From NCBI GenBank assembly GCA_016713305.1, contig JADJPK010000007.1, positions 197,829 through 261,828 of the forward strand: a stretch of 64,000 bases of DNA. The letters are read 5' to 3'. A program made the translations under genes and the position numbers. This document shows positions 42,862 to 53,609 of the stretch, piece by piece; the stretch's first letter is position 1, and each line of letters starts with the position of its first letter. The stretch is from Betaproteobacteria bacterium (lineage in GTDB: Bacteria; Pseudomonadota; Gammaproteobacteria; Burkholderiales; Ga0077523). The notes under the pieces are model-generated. The model did not search any database. It was not told the origin of the DNA and saw nothing but the letters and a program-made list of their open reading frames with translations.

Positions 42862-43227
42862 ATGCCGCGAGTAAAGCGTGGAGTAACCGCACGGGCCCGT
42901 CACAAGAAGGTGCTGGCCCAGGCCAAGGGATACCGTGGCCGTCGCAGCAACGTCTACAAGATCGCCAAGCAGGCTGTCATGCGCGCCGGGCAGTATGCCT
43001 ATCGCGACCGCCGCAATCGCAAGCGTGTTTTCCGCCGCCTGTGGATCGCACGGATCAATGCGGCAGCGCGCTCGCTCGATCTTGGCCTCACGTACAGCAC
43101 GTTCATGAACGGTCTCAAGAAGGCGGCCATCGAAGTGGATCGCAAGGTCCTCTCCGACCTGGCGATCTTCGACAAGGACGCATTCGCGCAGCTGGCGAGC
43201 CAGGCCAAGGCGAGCCTCGGCCGGTAA
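42862..43227 (+). CDS. rplT: 50S ribosomal protein L20
   Basis: 121 aa. [28 protein letters not shown]. Confidence 0.95.
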   Translation: MPRVKRGVTARARHKKVLAQAKGYRGRRSNVYKIAKQAVMRAGQYAYRDRRNRKRVFRRLWIARINAAARSLDLGLTYSTFMNGLKKAAIEVDRKVLSDLAIFDKDAFAQLASQAKASLGR

Positions 43228-43250
43228 GGATTCCGGCCCGCGAAGAAAAA

Positions 43251-43276
43251 GGAGGCCTTCGTGGCCTCCGTTTTTT
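43251..43276 (+). terminator. Rho-independent terminator after rplT
   Basis: GGAGGCC-ttcgt-GGCCTCC followed by G+TTTTTT. An A-tract lies upstream. Confidence 0.75.
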
Positions 43277-43431
43277 GACACTACGAATCCCCTCGACGCA
43301 TGGCATCGAGCGGTTCTGCCCGGATCGGGTGCCGGCGCGTGCGCTTTCCGGCCGGGGCGACACCGGCCCGGCGTGGCACTCGCGTGCACCGTGACGAACG
43401 CCATCACTTTTTCTGACAGGCCCTGGAGAAC

Positions 43432-44430
43432 ATGGACGAACTCGACAGCGTGGTCGCCGAAGCCGAACAGGCCTTTGCGGCAGTCGAGGATGCAGCGCTG
43501 CTGGAGCAGGTCAAGGCGCGCTTCCTGGGCAAGTCCGGTGTGCTGACGGAAGCCTCCAAGGGGTTGGGAAAGCTCGAACCGTCCCAGCGCAAGGAGGCGG
43601 GGCAGCGCATCAATGCCGCCAAGGATCGCGTCGAAAGCCTTCTGTCCCTCCGGCGCGATGCGCTCGCCCAGGCCGCGCTGGATGCCCGCCTCAAGGAAGA
43701 AGCGGTGGACGTCACCCTGCCCGGCCGCAAGCGGGGCGGGGGCAGCATCCATCCGATCATGCGCACGTGGCAGCGGGTGGAGGAGATCTTCGCCTCCATC
43801 GGGTTCGACGTCGCGGACGGTCCGGAGATCGAGACCGACTGGTACAACTTCACGGCGCTCAATCAGCCCGAGAATCATCCGGCGCGATCGATGCACGACA
43901 CCTTCTACGTGGAAGGCGGACTGCTCCTGCGGACCCACACGAGCCCGATGCAGGTGCGCTACGCCCGCATGCATCAGCCTCCCATCAAGGTGATCGCACC
44001 CGGGCGCACCTACCGCGTCGATTCCGATGCGACGCACTCGCCCATGTTCCACCAGGTCGAGGGGCTGTGGATCGGCGAGAACATCAGCTTCGCGGACCTG
44101 AAGGGCGTGTATACGGACTTCCTCAGGCGCTTTTTCGAGACCGACCAGCTCAAGGTGCGCTTCCGGCCTTCGTTCTTTCCGTTCACCGAGCCATCGGCCG
44201 AGATCGACATGGCGTTCGGGTCGGGGCCGCTCGAAGGCCGCTGGCTCGAGATTTCCGGATCCGGTCAGGTGCACCCGAACGTGATCCGCAACTTCGGCCT
44301 GGATCCCGAGCGCTACATCGGTTTTGCCTTCGGTTCCGGCCTGGAACGTCTGACCATGCTGCGCTACGGCGTGAACGATCTGCGTCTGTTCTTCGAGGGA
44401 GATCTGCGCTTCCTCCGGCAGTTCGCGTGA
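43432..44430 (+). CDS. pheS: Phenylalanine--tRNA ligase alpha subunit
   Basis: 332 aa. [11 protein letters not shown], class II motifs ([27 protein letters not shown]). Confidence 0.95.
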   Translation: MDELDSVVAEAEQAFAAVEDAALLEQVKARFLGKSGVLTEASKGLGKLEPSQRKEAGQRINAAKDRVESLLSLRRDALAQAALDARLKEEAVDVTLPGRKRGGGSIHPIMRTWQRVEEIFASIGFDVADGPEIETDWYNFTALNQPENHPARSMHDTFYVEGGLLLRTHTSPMQVRYARMHQPPIKVIAPGRTYRVDSDATHSPMFHQVEGLWIGENISFADLKGVYTDFLRRFFETDQLKVRFRPSFFPFTEPSAEIDMAFGSGPLEGRWLEISGSGQVHPNVIRNFGLDPERYIGFAFGSGLERLTMLRYGVNDLRLFFEGDLRFLRQFA

Positions 44431-44438
44431 GGTAACCC

Positions 44439-46856
44439 ATGCAATTCTCGGAAAGCTGGCTTCGTAGTCTCGCGAATCCGCCGCTCGGAACGGATGATCT
44501 GACGCATCTGCTCACCATGTCCGGCCTCGAAGTGGAGGAGTGCGAGCCCGTCGCGAAGCCCTTCGAGGGGATCGTCGTCGGCCAGGTCGTCGAGGCGCAG
44601 AAGCATCCCAATGCCGATCGGCTCAAGGTCTGCAAGGTCGACGCGGGAACCGGCACGCTTCTCACCATCGTGTGTGGCGCGCCGAACGTCACCGCGGGCA
44701 TGAAGGCGCCGCTGGCGATGATCGGGCGCATCTTCCGGCGGAGGACGGCGCGGACTCCATGGTGATCCGGCGGGCGAGCATGCGCGGGGTCGAGAAGCGA
44801 AGGGATGCTGTGTTCGGCCCGCGAACTGGGGTTGTCGGAGGACCACAGCGGGCTGCTGGTGCTTCCGGACAGTGCGCAGATCGGCCGCCCGGTGCGCGAG
44901 GTCCTGGATCTGGACGATCACCGCATCACCATCAAGCTCACCCCCAATCGCGCGGACTGCCTGTCGGTGCTGGGAATCGCGCGTGAAGTCGCTGCGCTCA
45001 CCGGGACGCCTCTTGCGCCGCCGGTCATTGCGCCCGTGCCGGCTGTGAGCGATGCCCGCCATCCGGTGAAGATCAGCGATGCCGCCGGTTGCGGCCGCTT
45101 CACCGGCCGTGTGATCCGCAACGTGAATGCGGTCGCGCCCACGCCGGATTGGATGCGCACGCGTCTGGAGCGGGCCGGCCAGCGCTCGATCTCCGCACTG
45201 GTGGACGTCACCAACTACGTGATGCTGGAACTCGGCCGACCGCTGCACGTGTACGACGTGGACAAGCTGCAGGGGCCGATCGACGTGCGCTTCGGGCGCA
45301 GCGGCGAAACGCTGGAACTGCTGAACGGACAGACCGTCACGCTGGAGCCGGACGTTCTCGCGATCACCGACGATCGCGGACCGATCGGATTGGCCGGCAT
45401 CATGGGCGGGGAGACGACCAAGGCCGATCTCGACACGAAGCATTGCCTTCTCGAGGCGGCTTTCTTCTTTCCCGAGGCCATCGCGGGCCGTGCGCGCCGT
45501 TACAACTTCGGCAGCGACGCCTCCCACCGCTTCGAGCGCGGCGTGGATTTCGACAATAACGTCGACGGCATCGAACGCGCCACGCAACTCATTCTGGACA
45601 TCTGCGGAGGCGAAGCCGGACCGGTGACCGACGTCATCGCGGCGCTCCCTTCCCGGACGCCGGTCGCCATGCGCACTGCCCGGGCGCGCAAGGTCATCGG
45701 CGTGCCGATCACCGACGAGGAGATGGGGGACATTTTTCGCCGTCTCGGTCTGGCCCACGAGTATCGCCCGCTGGGCGAACGCGACGGCACCTATGTGGTC
45801 ACCCCGCCGTCGTTCCGCTTCGACATCAACATCGAAGAGGATCTCATCGAGGAAATCGCGCGCGTCTACGGGTTCGAGCGGATCCCCACCGAACCTCCCG
45901 TCGTTCCAGCCGCCATGCGGGGAAAGCCCGAGGCGCGCCGCCCCGTTCACGGAATCCGCGGCGCGCTGGCGGATCTGGGGTACCACGAAGTCGTGAACTT
46001 CAGTTTCGTGGACGCGCAATGGGAGGCGGATTTCAGCGGTTGCACCGATCCCATCAAGGTGCTGAATCCGATCGCCTCGCAGATGTCGGTGATGCGCACG
46101 AGCCTGATCGCGGGCCTTGCCGACAACATCCGCTACAACCTCAACCGCAAGCAGTCGCGGGTTCGCGTGTTCGAAATCGGGCGCGTGTTCCTGCGGGACG
46201 CCGGGGTGAGCGACGGCCCCCTCGAGGTCGCAGGCATCCGGCAGCCCCTGCGTGTGGCCGGCGCAGCCTTCGGATCCGAGTCGGAGGAACAGTGGGGCGA
46301 GCCCCGCCGGACCGTGGACTTCTTCGACGTCAAGGGAGACGTCGAGGAACTGCTGTCGCCGCGGATCGCCTCCTTTTCGCCTCTTCGGCATCCGGCGCTG
46401 CATCCGGGGCGCGCGGCGAACGTGATCGTGGAAGGAGCCATTGCCGGGTGGATCGGCGAACTTCACCCGCGCCTGCAGCAGAAGTACGAATTTCCGTCAC
46501 CCGTCATGCTGTTCGAACTCGACGGGGAACTGCTCACGCGACGCCTCATCCCGGTCTTCCGGGAAGTGTCGAAGCTGCCCTCGGTACAACGCGATCTCGC
46601 GGTCGTGGTGGATGCAGGAATACCGGCAGGCGACTTGCTTGAAGCCCTGCGGAAGGGTCTCCCGGAAATCGTGGAGAGCGTCGAGGTTTTTGACGTATAT
46701 CGCGGAAAAGGCGTGGAAAATGGGAAGCGCAGTCTTGCGTTCCGAGTCCTTATGCAAGATACTCGTCGGACCCTCACGGACGCTGAAGCAGACGACGTGA
46801 TGGCACGCGCGATTACGTTGCTCGAACGCTCGTTCGGTGCACAGTTGAGGAAATAA
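44439..46856 (+). CDS. pheT: Phenylalanine--tRNA ligase beta subunit; two compensating frame shifts as assembled
   Basis: ORF 44439..44765 ([16 protein letters not shown].. tRNA-binding domain) and ORF 44805..46856 are in the same frame. The ~70 nt between them read correctly only in another frame (..[23 protein letters not shown]..). A G is missing at 44724-44726 and there is an extra A at 44795-44796. Confidence 0.92.
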
Positions 46857-46864
46857 GGCACACC

Positions 46865-47167
46865 ATGACTCTGACCAAGGCGGAGCTCGCGGACCTGCTG
46901 TTCGAGAAGGTCGGCCTCAACAAGCGTGAAGCGAAGGACATGGTGGAGATGTTCTTCGAGGAAGTCCGGGTGGCGCTGGAAAACGGGGAGGGCGTCAAGC
47001 TCTCCGGCTTCGGCAACTTCCAGCTTCGCGACAAGCCGCAGCGTCCCGGACGCAATCCCAAGACGGGTGAAGAGATCCCCATCACGGCCCGCCGCGTCGT
47101 GACGTTTCACGCGAGCCAGAAGCTGAAGGCCATGGTGGAAAAGAACTACCATGGACAGTCCGAATAA
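46865..47167 (+). CDS. ihfA: Integration host factor subunit alpha
   Basis: 100 aa. [54 protein letters not shown]. Confidence 0.95.
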   Translation: MTLTKAELADLLFEKVGLNKREAKDMVEMFFEEVRVALENGEGVKLSGFGNFQLRDKPQRPGRNPKTGEEIPITARRVVTFHASQKLKAMVEKNYHGQSE

Positions 47168-47528
47168 CGGCGAGATCGTCCTGCCGCCGATCCCGGCGAA
47201 GCGCTACTTCACCATCGGCGAAGTAAGCGAATTGTGCGGGGTGAAGCCGCACGTGCTTCGTTACTGGGAGCAGGAATTCACCCAGTTGAAGCCGGTCAAG
47301 CGCCGGGGCAATCGCCGTTACTACCAGCATCACGAAGTCCTCCTGATCCGCCGCATTCGCGAACTGCTCTACGAGGAAGGCTTCACGATCAGCGGTGCCA
47401 GGCATCGCCTCGCGCAAAGCGAGGAAGACGAGAGCGCGAAGGCCGAGCCGGTCACCGAGAAGCGGGAAGACGTGCTGTCGACGCTGCGCGACGAGATCCG
47501 TGGTGTCATCGAACTGCTGACGGTGTGA
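47151..47528 (+). CDS. MerR-family transcriptional regulator (conserved partner of ihfA)
   Basis: 125 aa. [36 protein letters not shown]. Confidence 0.85.
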   Translation: MDSPNNGEIVLPPIPAKRYFTIGEVSELCGVKPHVLRYWEQEFTQLKPVKRRGNRRYYQHHEVLLIRRIRELLYEEGFTISGARHRLAQSEEDESAKAEPVTEKREDVLSTLRDEIRGVIELLTV

Positions 47529-47659
47529 CGAACGACTGCTGCCGTCGGTTCGCTCGCATTCACTGCCTCCGCACCCATTGCTGCCGCATTCTCCTGGCTG
47601 TCCGCTTCTCGTCAATTGCGTTTCTGGGAGGGCGCGCCCTCCGATATACTCGCGGTCTT

Positions 47660-47736
<77 letters not shown>

Positions 47737-47843
47737 GTTCTTCGGTGATCCGTGCGCAAGCGCATCGGCGTCACCGTGCCGGGTGCCTCGTCGTGCGATT
47801 CGGGCGCGAATGACCGGTGAAATCGCCATCGTTCCGGCCCGCC

Positions 47844-48587
47844 ATGCGGATTCTCCTCAGTAACGACGACGGATACTTCGCTCCCGGCCTTCAGGCCCTG
47901 GCGGAAGCGCTCGCACCTCTTGGCACCCTTACCGTGGTCGCGCCGGAGCGGGACAGGTCCGGCGCTAGCAACTCCCTTACGCTCGATCGACCGCTCGCGG
48001 TCCGCAAGTCCCATCTCGGCTATTTCTACGTCAACGGCACGCCCACCGACTGTGTGCATCTGGCCGTGACCGGCCTGCTCGACGAGCTGCCCGACATCGT
48101 GGTCTACGGCATCAATCACGGGACCAACATGGGGGCCGACACCATCTACTCCGGCACGGTGGCCGCGGCCACGGAGGGATTCCTCCTCGGGGTCCCGGCG
48201 ATCGCCATGTCGCTCGCGAGCCGTCACGGGGGACACTATGCGACGGCGGGCCGGGTTGCCGCGGAACTCGTGAAGCGGGTGATCGACCAGCGGCCTTCGG
48301 CGCCGTTCCTTCTGAATGTGAACGTCCTTGACGTGCTCCACGAGTCCCTCAAGGGACTGCGCGTCACGCGGCTGGGCAAGCGTCACAAGGCCGAGTCGGT
48401 CATCAAGTCGCAGAACCCGCGCGGCGATACCGTGTACTGGATCGGAGCCGCGGGTGGCGCGGCCGATGCAGGGCCAGGTACGGATTTCCACGCGGTAGGC
48501 GAAGGGTACGTTTCGGTCACGCCGCTGCAGATCGATCTCACCCATTTCGGGCAGATCGACGCAGTCCGGGATTGGATAGGCGGCTGA
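47844..48587 (+). CDS. surE: 5'/3'-nucleotidase SurE
   Basis: Lies inside ORF 47817..48587. Starts at [19 protein letters not shown]. Also GINHGTNMG and YSGTVAAA. Confidence 0.93.
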   Translation: MRILLSNDDGYFAPGLQALAEALAPLGTLTVVAPERDRSGASNSLTLDRPLAVRKSHLGYFYVNGTPTDCVHLAVTGLLDELPDIVVYGINHGTNMGADTIYSGTVAAATEGFLLGVPAIAMSLASRHGGHYATAGRVAAELVKRVIDQRPSAPFLLNVNVLDVLHESLKGLRVTRLGKRHKAESVIKSQNPRGDTVYWIGAAGGAADAGPGTDFHAVGEGYVSVTPLQIDLTHFGQIDAVRDWIGG

Positions 48588-48625
48588 GGCTGACATCCGT
48601 GGATTCCCGGCATCTGGGCATCGGC

Positions 48626-49258
48626 ATGACATCGCAGCGCACGCGGCTGCGCATGGTCGAGCGACTGCGGGAACAGGGCATTCGCGACGAGATCGTCCTC
48701 ACGGCGATGGCCGAGGTGCCGCGTCACATCTTCGTCGACGAGGCGCTGCAGAGCCGGGCCTACGAGGATCTCTCGCTCCCCATCGGATTCGGACAGACGA
48801 TCTCCGCGCCTCTCACCGTTGCGCGCATGGTGGAACTCGCGCGGGCCGGGCGCCATCTCAATCGGGTGCTGGAAGTGGGCACCGGTTGCGGCTATCAGGC
48901 AGCGGTGCTGTCGCGGATCGCCCGGGAAGTGTATTCGGTCGAGCGCATCGCGGCCCTGCTCGGCAAGGCCCGCCGCAACCTGCGCGAACTCCGTTTTGCC
49001 AACATCAAGCTCAAGCACGCGGATGGTCAACTGGGCCTGGAGCAGATGGGACCCTTCGATGCGATCGTGATGGCAGCGGCGGCCACCGTCATTCCGGAGG
49101 CCCTGACGGCCCAACTGGAAGTCGGGGGCAAGCTCGTCCTGCCCATCGGTACCAAGGAGCAGCGTCTGGTCGTGGTGGAGCGCACCGAGCGATCCCTGGT
49201 CGAGACAGTGCTGGAGGTCGTCAATTTCGTGCCCTTGCTGCCGGGTACCCGCGTCTGA
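48626..49258 (+). CDS. pcm: Protein-L-isoaspartate O-methyltransferase
   Basis: Lies inside ORF 48572..49258. Start set to ATG 48626 ([14 protein letters not shown]), after the surE stop. Motifs [12 protein letters not shown] and [16 protein letters not shown] start at 48572 is the alternative. Confidence 0.9.
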   Translation: MTSQRTRLRMVERLREQGIRDEIVLTAMAEVPRHIFVDEALQSRAYEDLSLPIGFGQTISAPLTVARMVELARAGRHLNRVLEVGTGCGYQAAVLSRIAREVYSVERIAALLGKARRNLRELRFANIKLKHADGQLGLEQMGPFDAIVMAAAATVIPEALTAQLEVGGKLVLPIGTKEQRLVVVERTERSLVETVLEVVNFVPLLPGTRV

Positions 49259-49260
49259 CG

Positions 49261-50262
49261 ATGGCCCGCGTCCGGGTCTTTGCCCTGTGCTTGTTCGTGA
49301 TGTTCGCAGGCGGTTGTGCGTGGAACGAACAGCCCATTCACTCGCCGGGCGGCACACCCTCGGCGTCCAGGCCCTCCGGGAAGCCGATGGCGGCATCCCG
49401 GGTGTCCAGGCGAAAGGGCGACGAACGGCCCGAATACTACGTCGTGCAACGGGGCGACACCCTGTTCGGTATCGCACTGGATTTCGGATTCGACTACCGC
49501 GACATCGCGAACTGGAACGATCTGCAGGACCCGTCTCGCATTCTCGTGGGCCAGCGCCTGCGCCTGCAGCCTCCTGCGCCGAAGGCGGTGCTTCCTCCCG
49601 CCGGAACCGAGATCAAGCCCGTCGCGATCCGCAGCACCATCGAATCGGAGCCTTTGCCACCGGCACCTGCCGCCAGTGATGCCCATGCCACCAAGACGGT
49701 CGATGGCAAGGTTCCTGTCTTTTCCGCGCCGAAGGCTCTCGCGTTGCCCTATTCCGAGCAGGCCCTGGCACAACTCAAGGGCACGCAGGCCACGTCCGCC
49801 CCGGCCACCGCTGCCGAGCCCCCACGCAAGTCGACGCCCCCGCCTTCGGAGCCAGACGCCAAGGCTTCGGTGGACAAGGAACCGGTCGACGACGAAGCGG
49901 TGGAATGGGTGTGGCCGGTGCGGGGCGAACTGCTGTATCGCTTCGGCGATGCCGGCCGGTTGAAAGGCATCGGCATCGGCGGCAAAGCGGGGCAGCCGGT
50001 GGCGGCGGCGGCGAACGGCAAGGTCGTCTACAGCGGCAGCGGGCTTCGCGGTTACGGCAATCTGGTCATCGTGAAGCACAACGAGACCTATCTGTCGGTG
50101 TACGCCCACAACCAGAGCGTGATGGTGAAGGAAGGCGACATGGTGAAGCGCAATCAGAAGATCGCCGAGATGGGCGACACCGGTGCCGCGAGGGTGGGCC
50201 TGCACTTCGAGGTGCGCCGTTTCGGCAAGCCGGTGGATCCGCTGGGAACGTTGCCGCAATAG
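49261..50262 (+). CDS. nlpD: Lipoprotein NlpD (LysM + M23 peptidase domains)
   Basis: Lies inside ORF 48886..50262. ATG 49261. Lipobox LFVMFAGGC. LysM YYVVQRGDTLFGIALDFG. M23 GIGIGGKAGQPVAAAANGKVVYSG..YGNLVIVKH..YAHN. Confidence 0.9.
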   Translation: MARVRVFALCLFVMFAGGCAWNEQPIHSPGGTPSASRPSGKPMAASRVSRRKGDERPEYYVVQRGDTLFGIALDFGFDYRDIANWNDLQDPSRILVGQRLRLQPPAPKAVLPPAGTEIKPVAIRSTIESEPLPPAPAASDAHATKTVDGKVPVFSAPKALALPYSEQALAQLKGTQATSAPATAAEPPRKSTPPPSEPDAKASVDKEPVDDEAVEWVWPVRGELLYRFGDAGRLKGIGIGGKAGQPVAAAANGKVVYSGSGLRGYGNLVIVKHNETYLSVYAHNQSVMVKEGDMVKRNQKIAEMGDTGAARVGLHFEVRRFGKPVDPLGTLPQ

Positions 50263-50334
50263 GCAGCACCCGGTCCAGACGTTGTCCCTGAGACCGGGCA
50301 ATGGCGGCATGATCCGATGCCGCAAGGTAGTCCG

Positions 50335-51032
50335 CTAGCGTCTGACTGCATTCGGAACACGACCGGCAGGAAACGGCCGCCCAGGCGGCCGTTTTCGTCG
50401 CGAGAGAAACCGCGCCAGGACGCGACGGCGGCGTGCTACGAGGCCCAGCAAGCCCAGACCGCCCAGCATCATGGCATACGTCTCGGGCTCGGGAACGGCA
50501 ACCATCAGGTTGTCCACCACCACGGAATTGCCCTTGAATGAGATCGAGCGGATATCGGCAGCGTCGCGCGTGATGCCCAGGAACACGCCTTCGTTGTAGC
50601 CGAATTCGTCGGTATTCACGCTGAATGTGTGCGACTCGATGATCTGGTTGTTGTCACCGTAGGCGGAAACCACCACGGCGAAAGGAACAGATCGCCGAGT
50701 TCCACATGGTTGACCAACGCGCCCGCACTGGCCGCAAGTTGGTCGAAAGTGAATCGGAGTTCGCCCACGGCATCGGTGGCAGCGAAGTGATTGGACCCCA
50801 GATGCCGTTGGTACCGAGATCGGCGATGAAGGCACCGAGCATCGAACCCATGTCGCCGGTGAAGGTGATGCCGGAAGAGATGATTTCCGGGCCCAGGGTG
50901 GCGTACCCGTCATAGGCTTCGAAGTCCACCATCACGTTGGGCACGCCGATGTCGGCCATATCGTGAGTCAGCGCGGCGTGGGCAGGCGGCGATGGCCAGG
51001 GTGGAGGCCAGAATCAGATTCTTGATGTTCAT
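50335..51032 (-). pseudogene. PEP-CTERM secreted protein, at least 3 frame shifts as assembled
   Basis: Signal peptide MNIKNLILASTLAIAA starts at ATG 51032. The protein then runs through three different frames (..AHAALTHDMADIGVPNVMVDFEAYDGY..GTNGIW | GSNHFAATDAVGELRFTFDQL.. | ..VVVSAYGDNNQIIESHTF..VAVPEPETYAMMLGGLGLLGLVARRRR). The open frame runs through the terminator hairpin, so the true 3' end is uncertain. Confidence 0.6.
50371..50395. terminator. Bidirectional terminator hairpin between convergent nlpD and the PEP-CTERM gene
   Basis: AAACGGCCGC-ccag-GCGGCCGTTT is a perfect 10-bp stem, with T run GTTTT on the plus strand and TTT on the minus strand. Confidence 0.55.
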
Positions 51033-51101
51033 GATCAATCCTGTCAAATGGGGAATGGCGACGAGGCCGCCGCCACCCCGTTGCACGAAATCCTGGTCGG
51101 A

Positions 51102-53164
51102 TCAGGAACCGACCACGCCACCGTCCTGCTTGGTGATCACCACCACGCCTGAGCGGGGCTTGTAGACCTGAGTGCGCTCGCTGTGGGTGGTGAGTCCGTT
51201 GGCTCCGCTGTCGGGCCACGTGGATCTCTCGGTGAAATTGACAGACCAGTCCTCGCCGGGGTGCTGAATCCCGACGAACAGGGTTCTGCCATCCGGAGTG
51301 CCGACGACGCCGGTGACTTCGCAGTTCTTCGGGCTGGTCAGGAAGCGCTTCGTCGCACCGGTGGACGGATCCGCGCACATCATCACGTTGCCGCCGATGT
51401 TGGCCCAGTCGCCCGCTGCGTCACCGGCCCGGTCGGTCTGGATCCACAGCCGACCGTCCTTGTCGAACCAGAGGCCGTCCGGTGCGCCGTAGTCGTCACC
51501 GTTGATGTTGCCCTGATGGTGGGGTCCGATCCTGACTGTCCCCCACTGGACGAACAGGTCCCATTGGAAGGTGGTGGCGGCAACATCCAGGCCATGGCCC
51601 ACGCCATCTCGCCAGCGAATGATGTGGCCATAGCGATTGTCGATGCGCGGATTCGCCGCGTCGGGCAGGTCGCGCAAGGCCGGCACTGGTGCTGCCGTCG
51701 GGGTTGTTGAAACCGGGTCGGTCGCGTGCGGGTGGCACGTCGCCGGTTGTTGTTGGTCATGGTCATGTACACCTCGCCCGTGACCGGATGTGCCGCGCCC
51801 CACTCGGGGCGGTCCATCATGGTGGCGCCCAGGCGGTCGGCAGCTTGGCGGCAGCGAATCAGTACGTCGGCCTGGTCCTTGAAACCATTGGCCACGGTCA
51901 GACCGTTCTGACCCCACACCAGAGGCATCCAGACGCCCGTGCCGTCTGCGTTGAACTTGGCCACAAACAGGGTGCCCTGGTCCAGCATGTCGCGGTTGGC
52001 CGCCCGGTTCTTGCGATTGAGCTTGTTGGCGCAGACGAACTTGTAGACATACTCGTTGCGTTCGTCGTCACCCATGTAGAAGGCGACCCGGTCATTCCTG
52101 TCCACCACGACCTGGGCGCTCTCGTGCTTGGTTCGACCCATCGCGGTACGCTTCACCGGAACGCTGTTGGGGTTCCACGGATCGATTTCCACCACCCACC
52201 CGAAGCGGTGCGGCTCGTTGGGGTGCAAGTCAGCTCGGAAGCGTTGGTCGGCTTCGTGCCAGCGGTAACCAAAGCCGCCCTTCACCACGCCGTAGCGGGA
52301 TTGTCCCTTGTGATGATGAACTTGCGGTCCAGGTTTCGTAGCCCCTCGACGTCACCGGTTTCGTTGGAGAAGTAGCCGTTCCAGTTTTCTCGCACGTGAG
52401 ATAGGTGTCCCAGGGTGTAACCGTGGCACAGTTGTTCATTGCCCAGGACCAGAGTCCCCGTGGGTCAGCCGCCGTCTTCATCATCGAGTGTCCGGCGGCT
52501 GGTCCACTGATCTTGCAGGGAGTATTGCCCGTGATGCGGCGGTTGAATGCGGAGGACGTTGCACCTTCCAGTCACCGCCGATCTTGCGCACCTCGACGAC
52601 ATTCACGCCATGGGCGGCCGTTGCGCGCGCACCATCTCCAGCGTAGGGGTTTCGGCGGCATAGTCGGCGGCAGGCTTGATGTTGTTCACCAATGCGGGAT
52701 CGACATACTCGCTGTTGGTCACCAGCAGGCCACGGGGCTGGACAGCCCGGAGGTCCCCGCCAGGGAATGGGAAGAAGCATCCCGTCGGTGTGGGCGCCAG
52801 CAATGCAACTGCGTCGCTCGCCAGCGCCCGCGGGGCCCAGTGGGAGCGCGGTCAGTCCCCCAGGCCACCAGCACTTTGCGCTTAGCCCGATGGGACTGTA
52901 CGGCATCGGTCGGCTGGACTTCGCGGAGACTGGCGAGAAGCCGATGGCGCCGGAGGGGCGGGAGCGGCTTCGGCGTGGCTCGTCAGGCTATCAGGAAACG
53001 CCGCCGAGCAAGGCCGCGGCAGAAACGCCGGTGGAGCCTTTGAGGAAATCGCGGCGGGACAGGTTCCGCTCCTCGATCAGGTCCAGAATGCTCGGATTTC
53101 CGGAATCGTTCGTGACGGTGTCGTGCGGATTCAGTTTGCCATCAGGGTGCAGATTGCTGCTCAC
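51102..53164 (-). pseudogene. phoX: PhoX-type (DUF839) Tat-secreted alkaline phosphatase, at least 6 frame shifts as assembled
   Basis: GTG 53164 follows AAGGAG. Tat signal SRRDFLKGSTGVSAAALLGG. Recognisable pieces are scattered over all three frames: KVLVAWG, AHTDGM, GLLVTNSEYVD, AAHGVNVVEVRK, NNCATVTPWDTYLTCE, ORF 51383..52288 (RFGWVVEIDPWNP..TKHESAQVV..) and ORF 51102..51917 (..GAPDGLWFDKDGRLWIQTD..FVGIQHPGE). Confidence 0.7.
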
Positions 53165-53609
53165 AGGTGACTCCTTTTCGCATGGTCTCGGGGTTATGTG
53201 CCATATCGTCATACGACTTGTCGTGTCGTCTTACGATGGGGCCGAGCGACAGTACAAGCGTCGGATTTCAGGTCTGTGAAAGCGGCCTGGTTCCTGGCAG
53301 GAGCGACAGGGTCGGGGTAGGCGGACTGCGGTACTGCAAGTGATGTCGCGATCGACACGCTGCAAGGCGCGCCCACCTCTGGCAACCCGGACCCGCGGGG
53401 AGGTCCGTGCACCGGAGGCGGGTCTCGCCGGTCCCGCACATGGGCTTCAGTCCGGCAAAGCTCAGCGCACAGGGAGTCTCATTCTGGGGAGTGTCCGGCG
53501 GACTTCGCCTGAGGTGCATCACTGCGCCGTTGTTCGGTGTGCCGGCCGCGCATTGCCACCTGACCACCTCGGGCCTCGTCCCGGGCTGAGTGCTGCTGTT
53601 GCGACTTTC

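Noticed and set aside
53244-53309. 9-mer CTGTCGCTC (minus strand) repeated 57 nt apart upstream of phoX, considered as a Pho box.
   Set aside because: A Pho box needs two CTGTCAT-like half-sites at 11-bp spacing. Here each copy lacks a matching second half-site and the spacing is wrong. A chance or weak match cannot be excluded.
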